Assembly (NCBI GenBank): GCA_964344235.1
Contig: CAYFMJ010000016.1
Span: forward strand, 1 to 19,090
Source: an uncultured Methanosarcinales archaeon
GTDB taxonomy: Archaea; Nanobdellota; Nanobdellia; Woesearchaeales; GW2011-AR9
Length of the DNA stretch: 19,090 bases
Direction: 5' to 3'
Shown piece after piece: positions 14,587-19,090 of the stretch. The translations under genes and the position numbers were made by a program. Numbering within the stretch: the first letter of the stretch is position 1; each line of letters opens with the position of its first letter. A model generated the notes under the pieces. It ran no database searches, was not told the origin of the DNA, and worked only from the letters and a program-made list of their open reading frames with translations.

Positions 14587-14872
14587 CCGTACGGAATTAC
14601 TTTTTAGTAGTCCTATTGATTACTTGTATTCGCTTTCCTAAAAACAAAACCCGTACGGTTGTTCCGTACGGTGACATTTCGTTAATTCAGAAGGTTAGTA
14701 CACCAAACTTGAGTATTGGTGGACCGGCCGAACATTCTATGTTAAGTTCACCTTACTGACATAGTACGGTTTTGTTTTTTACGACGAAACCAATAGGCCG
14801 TACTGTTTCCGTACGGTCTTTCTAAGTAATTTATTGAATGAGAAAGGATTTATGTTTGAAACCGTACGGTTT
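14587..14872. repeat. Array of CCGTACGG palindromes upstream of integrase 2
   Basis: Perfect copies at 14587, 14651, 14664, 14809 and 14862 (the last inside the 14-bp palindrome AAACCGTACGGTTT); degenerate copies at 14762 and 14798. Confidence 0.85.
14717..14730 (-). other. 14-bp fragment CGGCCGGTCCACCA matching an archaeal tRNA-Ala 3' end; putative att core for integrase 2
   Basis: Reads as T-stem 3' bases, acceptor 3' strand CCGGTCC (with the U70 alanine determinant), A73 and CCA. No other tRNA arms are present. It sits inside the palindrome array. The match is from memory of archaeal tRNA-Ala sequences. Confidence 0.65.
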
Positions 14873-14881
14873 TCAAGAATT

Positions 14882-15043
14882 TTATTCCGTTAGTTTTCGA
14901 TATTTCTTTTGCAGTTTAATGTATTCCTCTATAACGTCGTGACAATCTCTGCAAACCATTACCTTCTTTCGTATTTCTTTATCATGGTGTTCTGTAAGCG
15001 GTTTATCTTCTTTACAACAAGGACATTTACCCCATCCACCCAT
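14882..15043 (-). CDS. 53-aa minimal HNH-like zinc-finger protein (not in ORF track)
   Basis: MGGWGKCPCCKEDKPLTEHHDKEIRKKVMVCRDCHDVIEEYIKLQKKYRKLTE has the CxxC..HH..CxxCH pattern. Confidence 0.65.
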   Translation of the reverse strand: MGGWGKCPCCKEDKPLTEHHDKEIRKKVMVCRDCHDVIEEYIKLQKKYRKLTE

Positions 15044-15085
15044 GAAAATAGGATCAAAACCAATGATTTAACAATTTTCAGAGAA

Positions 15086-15616
15086 TCATGGATTTTCCAA
15101 TAATTCTTTATGTTCATTAGGATCAAGATAAACTAACATAATCTCATTAAGAATCGGTTTACATCTGCCAAGAAAATAATCGTACATTTTTCGGTCAGTA
15201 AGAACCATGTATTTTTTATTTGCGTATGCTCTGCTTAATAAAAAACAATCTCCCAAGATTGACTCATAAGCCACGTTTGCCTTATCATGTTTACTTGATT
15301 TTACCATTCCAATAATTTCTCTTTTATCTGGTTCACCTTCGGTATGTCCATACAAACCTGTTAATTCCATAAAGTATGGATTGTTCTTGTAGTGAGTAAT
15401 CTTACCGTGTGTTTCTTCATATTGTTTTATTTTAGAATTTAATTCCTCAATTTCTTTTCTGTTAGGTTGAGATGTAATATCAAATTCAAAACCATACATA
15501 CTATTATTTTCATCCCAAAACCAAACCCTGTCTTTTGTTAATTTGATGCCGTCATTTTCTTTACTGCACCATCGTCTAGACATTTCTTCTTTTTGCATCC
15601 AACTTAATTCGTCCAA
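15086..15616 (-). CDS. Hypothetical protein, possibly a degenerate PD-(D/E)xK fold
   Basis: FEFDITS...DKREIIGMVKSSK...ILGDCFLL...KKYMVLTD weakly recalls small PD-(D/E)xK proteins, but has M where E of ExK is expected. Start codon uncertain. Confidence 0.45.
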   Translation of the reverse strand: MDELSWMQKEEMSRRWCSKENDGIKLTKDRVWFWDENNSMYGFEFDITSQPNRKEIEELNSKIKQYEETHGKITHYKNNPYFMELTGLYGHTEGEPDKREIIGMVKSSKHDKANVAYESILGDCFLLSRAYANKKYMVLTDRKMYDYFLGRCKPILNEIMLVYLDPNEHKELLENP

Positions 15617-15759
15617 CGTTGATTTATTACCAAATCCTTAGAAAAAGATTCTGTAAAACCTATCAGTTGATTATTTGTAGGAATTACGAATGGTTAACTG
15701 TAGATTTGAACCCATATCAATGATGATTCTTAAATTGAATTAATTGTTAGGATTGTAAG

Positions 15760-17361
15760 TTGGAATACCACTGGATAGAATGGGAAGATTACGACAGCGT
15801 AGAGCAAAAATCTAGAAGAAAATGTGTTATTCTTGAGAAGGAAGTAGTTTTTGATGAACAGAAAATCAAACTATCAAATATTACAATTTCAGAGTTTGCA
15901 GTTTACGGTTTATCTGATATTCAAAAACAGAATGTTGAGAGTTGGATAAAAAAATGGAAAGAAAGAGGTGGTAAATGGAAATGGTATGATCGTCCCAAAC
16001 CCGATATCAAAATTTTGGATAATGATGAACTTCTTTTGCAAATTGAAACGCTTTTCACAAATGAACCAAATCATGAGAAAGGTTTCTACTCTTACTACGG
16101 CATTGGCATACTAAAGAGTAAATTCACAGAGGAAGAGTTCCAGAAGATGATTCCAAAGAGTGCATTAAGAACTTTTAGAGAGTATGATATAACAGACACT
16201 AAGTGGCGTAAACTACCAACACACGACTCAAGCAAACGTCAAGGTTTTCTTGGTTTCATAGTCGACGACAATCTTGAGATGACACACTATCCTGTTTTGT
16301 TCAACTTTGATGAGTTTGCACATACTCACATGTTTCTTTCTGGAATGACAGGTAGTGGAAAAAGCATAACAGGTTTTGACATAGCAGAAGAAGCGTTAGA
16401 TAACAGTATCCCTGTTTTGGTTCTGGATTACTATGGAACATGGACAGGTTTTCTTGAACCTTGTAATGACAAGAATCTTTTGAAAAATTATTTTGTATTT
16501 GGAATGGGAAAACCAAAATCATACGAAGGAGCAATATACACTCCGTCATCAGATGTTGGTAAACCGCTAAACATGAATCTGTTAGCAAAACCACCGACTG
16601 ATGACCAAAGCAAACTACAACAATTCGCTATAGAAGCATCTTTAATTATACAACAGTTCTGCGATCTTACCAAAGACGAAAGACTTGCAGTAAGAGCGTG
16701 TATATTTGAAAAATGGAAAGAAGGGCAAGACCTCAACTACAAAACCATTGCCGATGTTGTTGGAAATGACAAGACTAAGATGAGACTTGAGGAATTACTG
16801 GCAGTCTCTTACCTCTTTGAAGGGGAAAGACCAAAGATTAATGACCTGTGGAAAGATGGAGAGATTTCTGTAATTTCGTTCGATGAAATGCGTTCAGAAA
16901 AAGCAGAGATGTTCACTGCGTACTACGTACTTCGAGAGTTGGTAAACTGGTCTGATTCACTACCAGATTCTCCAAATAAAATCAATCTTTTAGTCGTAGT
17001 GGAAGAAGCCCACAAGTTTACCGAGAAAAATGTATGGGCCATGATGGATACGGCAGTAAAAACACTGAGAAAGAAAGGTATCGGATTGCTTTTCATCACA
17101 ACAGGAATTACAGATCTTGAAGGCATTAGAGGAAATACAAACTTCAAGACGTACATGAAAACGGAATATGATAACGATATTGATAGGATTGGCAGAGATA
17201 TTGGAGATTACAAATCACTTATGAAAATTTTGCCTGCTGGAATGGGGATTATCAAATATCCTGACTTTGGAATACCTGTGATAACACAATTCAGACCATG
17301 TTATCATAGACCAACAAAACTTACTACTGAAGAGATAAGAGAGAAGACGCATAATGAATAG
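15760..17361 (+). CDS. Second HerA/VirB4-like (DUF87-type) P-loop ATPase
   Basis: HMFLSGMTGSGKS, IPVLVLDYYG, LVVVEEAHKF, TLRKKGIG. Colinear motifs with 11230-12597. TTG start uncertain. Confidence 0.82.
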   Translation: MEYHWIEWEDYDSVEQKSRRKCVILEKEVVFDEQKIKLSNITISEFAVYGLSDIQKQNVESWIKKWKERGGKWKWYDRPKPDIKILDNDELLLQIETLFTNEPNHEKGFYSYYGIGILKSKFTEEEFQKMIPKSALRTFREYDITDTKWRKLPTHDSSKRQGFLGFIVDDNLEMTHYPVLFNFDEFAHTHMFLSGMTGSGKSITGFDIAEEALDNSIPVLVLDYYGTWTGFLEPCNDKNLLKNYFVFGMGKPKSYEGAIYTPSSDVGKPLNMNLLAKPPTDDQSKLQQFAIEASLIIQQFCDLTKDERLAVRACIFEKWKEGQDLNYKTIADVVGNDKTKMRLEELLAVSYLFEGERPKINDLWKDGEISVISFDEMRSEKAEMFTAYYVLRELVNWSDSLPDSPNKINLLVVVEEAHKFTEKNVWAMMDTAVKTLRKKGIGLLFITTGITDLEGIRGNTNFKTYMKTEYDNDIDRIGRDIGDYKSLMKILPAGMGIIKYPDFGIPVITQFRPCYHRPTKLTTEEIREKTHNE

Positions 17362-17364
17362 ATT

Positions 17365-17661
17365 TTATTCTATTACTACGTCTATTGTTTTTTCTTCTTT
17401 TGATGCCTTTTCCCAAGGTTGTTTGTAAATTAGTTTAATTGTAGTACGTCCTTTTTTGATAGCCTGAAATACAAATACATCATTTCCACCTGAACCTTTT
17501 AGGGAAGACAAGGCACGAAACTTCTTGTTTAACAACTTTAGAGTAGCATTATCATGAACTTCTTGCCACATATAACCTCCACTAGGATGAGCCTTTAATT
17601 CTATCTCAAAGTTACTTCCTTGTGAAACATGTTTTAGTTCAGTTTGCTCCAATAACATCAC
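17365..17661 (-). CDS. Chagasin-family (I42) cysteine peptidase inhibitor 1
   Basis: FEIEL.AHPSGGYMW (NPTTGY-like loop), GSGG..VFVF, LIYKQPWE (RPW-like loop). Its GTG start overlaps the protease stop (GTGA). Confidence 0.85.
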   Translation of the reverse strand: MMLLEQTELKHVSQGSNFEIELKAHPSGGYMWQEVHDNATLKLLNKKFRALSSLKGSGGNDVFVFQAIKKGRTTIKLIYKQPWEKASKEEKTIDVVIE

Positions 17662-18515
17662 GCTTCAATACCAAACATTTGATATCTAATGCCAATTCCA
17701 CATTCTCTAAATTTGATTTTAAACCATCCACTTTCTCCCCATCTTGTACCCCAACTATTTTTACAAATCCAATATTTTTCTTCATTATTGTAACCTACAA
17801 TTACTATAGCATGAGCACCTCTATAATTTCCAATTGCATGTTCAAAAATACCTCCTGTATAACCACGTATGAAATCATCATAAACATCCATTCCAACAAC
17901 CGCAGGTCCATGATTAGCAATCCAACTTTTCATGTCATCCTCAAGAAAAATTTCTTGCCAATCTTTAATTTTCGTTAATCTATTTTCCCAGTCTTTACAC
18001 CTATCTTCACAAGGTTTTTCTTCTGGTGGATCTGGCCAAGGAAAACAATCTTCATCTGTTATACCTTGAATTTTTGCAAAATTAAGTGCTGGATCTTCAT
18101 GCCAACCTTCTTCCCAATTTCCACCACCACAAAAGAACAAAAATGCCTCAGACAGGTCTATGGAAAGATTTGGTTCGTTTTTCTTTATTTTATTTAACGA
18201 CTCGATAGCACCAACACAAGCAAACGCTACACAAGCATTACTTGCACCTTGATTTTTTACAGATGTCATCCAGTCATTTCCTTCTTTATTACGCCAATCT
18301 ATTTGAGGTGGTATTGGTGGAGGTGTTGGAGGTGCCGCTGCTGCGGCTGCCTTCTTTTTACGCTCAAAAAATATTCCTCGTTCTGCTGTAACTCTAAGAC
18401 CTAGATATCTTGATAATTTTTCTTCTGGAATTGCTGATAAACCAGTATCGCCCACTTTCCATTTTAAATCAAGTAACTTGACTACTGATTCTATCTTCGA
18501 TAAAGTAATTTCCAA
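17658..18515 (-). CDS. Papain-family (C1A) cysteine peptidase with a short pro-region and no signal peptide
   Basis: IDWRN..SVKNQGASNAC(cat)VAFA, DLSEAFLFFC, GAH(cat)AIVIVGY, WICKN(cat)SWGTRWGESGWFKI. An Ala/Pro linker precedes the mature domain. Confidence 0.92.
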   Translation of the reverse strand: MEITLSKIESVVKLLDLKWKVGDTGLSAIPEEKLSRYLGLRVTAERGIFFERKKKAAAAAAPPTPPPIPPQIDWRNKEGNDWMTSVKNQGASNACVAFACVGAIESLNKIKKNEPNLSIDLSEAFLFFCGGGNWEEGWHEDPALNFAKIQGITDEDCFPWPDPPEEKPCEDRCKDWENRLTKIKDWQEIFLEDDMKSWIANHGPAVVGMDVYDDFIRGYTGGIFEHAIGNYRGAHAIVIVGYNNEEKYWICKNSWGTRWGESGWFKIKFRECGIGIRYQMFGIEA

Positions 18516-18632
18516 TAGTACATAAACGTAATAATGAAACTTAACTTTATCTTAAATTAATACTTAAAAAATTAACAATTGTAAGTTCTGAATTCGTATT
18601 TATAATTAAGTTCACCAATTCAAACGAATTTT

Positions 18633-18917
18633 ATGGAAAAAAGAAGGTTGAAGGTTGGAGAAACAGAAGAAATTTCATTTAAGACGTGTAGTGATGGCGG
18701 TTTTAGATGGCAGGTAAAATACGATCCAGATTATGTAGAAATTCAACAATATACCAAGCCTTCTGGTAAGGGTATTGGAGGAGCAACTCTTAGCGAATTT
18801 CACATAAAAGCAAAAACAAGAGGCAAATTTTCTATTGATTTTTATCATTGTAATCCTTGGTTGGGGCACGAATCTTCAACAGAACATAAAACAATCGATT
18901 TTGAAGTTGAAGAATAA
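18633..18917 (+). CDS. Chagasin-family (I42) cysteine peptidase inhibitor 2
   Basis: LKVGE..EISF..CSDGGFRW, GIGG...EFHIKA..RGKFSIDFYHCNPW. Transcribed divergently from the protease. Confidence 0.75.
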   Translation: MEKRRLKVGETEEISFKTCSDGGFRWQVKYDPDYVEIQQYTKPSGKGIGGATLSEFHIKAKTRGKFSIDFYHCNPWLGHESSTEHKTIDFEVEE

Positions 18918-18932
18918 TCTAACCTAATTCGC

Positions 18933-18960
18933 CAACGATTATCGTTGTTTTACCATTTTT
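18933..18960 (+). terminator. Possible terminator or operator after inhibitor 2
   Basis: CAACGAT-T-ATCGTTG palindrome (18933-18947) followed by T runs. Confidence 0.35.
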
Positions 18961-19015
18961 CTGTATCTTGACAACCAATTTCAGAATTTAATGAATTGTT
19001 AAAAAAAGTGGGAGT

Positions 19016-19031
19016 AAGCACGTTCCCCCAG
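19016..19031. repeat. Element-side arm next to the right att core, inverted partner of 59-74
   Basis: AAGCACGTTCCCCCAG, 14/16 match to the reverse complement of 59-74. Confidence 0.7.
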
Positions 19032-19036
19032 TCTCG

Positions 19037-19057
19037 ACGGACTCCTCCAAGCCCGTT
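19037..19057 (+). repeat. Right attachment site core, ACGGACTCCTCCAAGCCCGTT
   Basis: Identical to 34-54. Confidence 0.9.
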
Positions 19058-19090
19058 AAAAATAAAGATCTTAAAGATTATAGTTTATAC

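Larger units (their letters stand above)
34..19057. mobile_element. Integrated archaeal mobile element or genomic island (excised circle would be 19,003 bp) with two tyrosine recombinases and defence cargo
   Basis: Perfect 21-bp direct repeat at both ends. An integrase gene abuts the left repeat. The interior is typical accessory cargo (pAgo, Type III R-M, HerA-like ATPases, regulators). Confidence 0.9.

Noticed and set aside
14690-14790. Full tRNA gene at the tRNA-Ala-like fragment
   Set aside because: Only 14 nt match. There is no TTC-A T-loop, anticodon arm or 5' acceptor strand at the expected distance.
14587-14872. CCGTACGG array as a CRISPR array
   Set aside because: The repeat is only 8-14 bp, spacing is irregular (11-98 bp), and there are no cas genes.
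18316-18357. Ala/Pro low-complexity stretch in the protease as a repeat element
   Set aside because: It is an ordinary flexible linker between pro-region and mature domain, with mixed codons rather than a DNA tandem repeat.
10139-18869. Other overlapping track ORFs (10139-10480, 11712-11903, 12171-12569, 14027-14759, 14909-15103, 16301-17156, 17622-17978, 18675-18869)
   Set aside because: They overlap better-supported genes or the repeat array on the other strand or frame, and show no motifs.

Overview
The window is almost entirely one ~19.0-kb archaeal-type integrated mobile element. It is bounded by a perfect 21-bp direct repeat, ACGGACTCCTCCAAGCCCGTT, at 34-54 and 19037-19057. Left to right it carries: (1) a tyrosine integrase on the minus strand (<1-1350) that the ORF track misses and whose probable C-terminus is out of frame; (2) a divergent cluster of micro-ORFs and a winged-helix regulator; (3) a defence block with an RsAgo-like, catalytically inactive long-B Argonaute coupled to a PD-(D/E)xK nuclease, a Zn-ribbon protein and a Type III restriction-modification pair; (4) a module of wHTH, small membrane proteins and a HerA/VirB4/FtsK-like ATPase with a C-terminal wHTH; (5) a second, different tyrosine recombinase, upstream of which a CCGTACGG palindrome array surrounds a 14-bp match to an archaeal tRNA-Ala 3' end, probably an intact second attP; (6) a mini-HNH-like ORF, a possible degenerate PD-(D/E)xK protein and a second HerA-like ATPase; (7) a papain-family (C1A) protease flanked by two chagasin (I42) inhibitors. 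No replication initiator, relaxase or capsid gene is recognisable. All family calls come from motif recognition by eye, without database searches. The host is inferred to be archaeal from the integrase families, GGAGGTG/AGGTGA ribosome-binding sites and the tRNA fragment.
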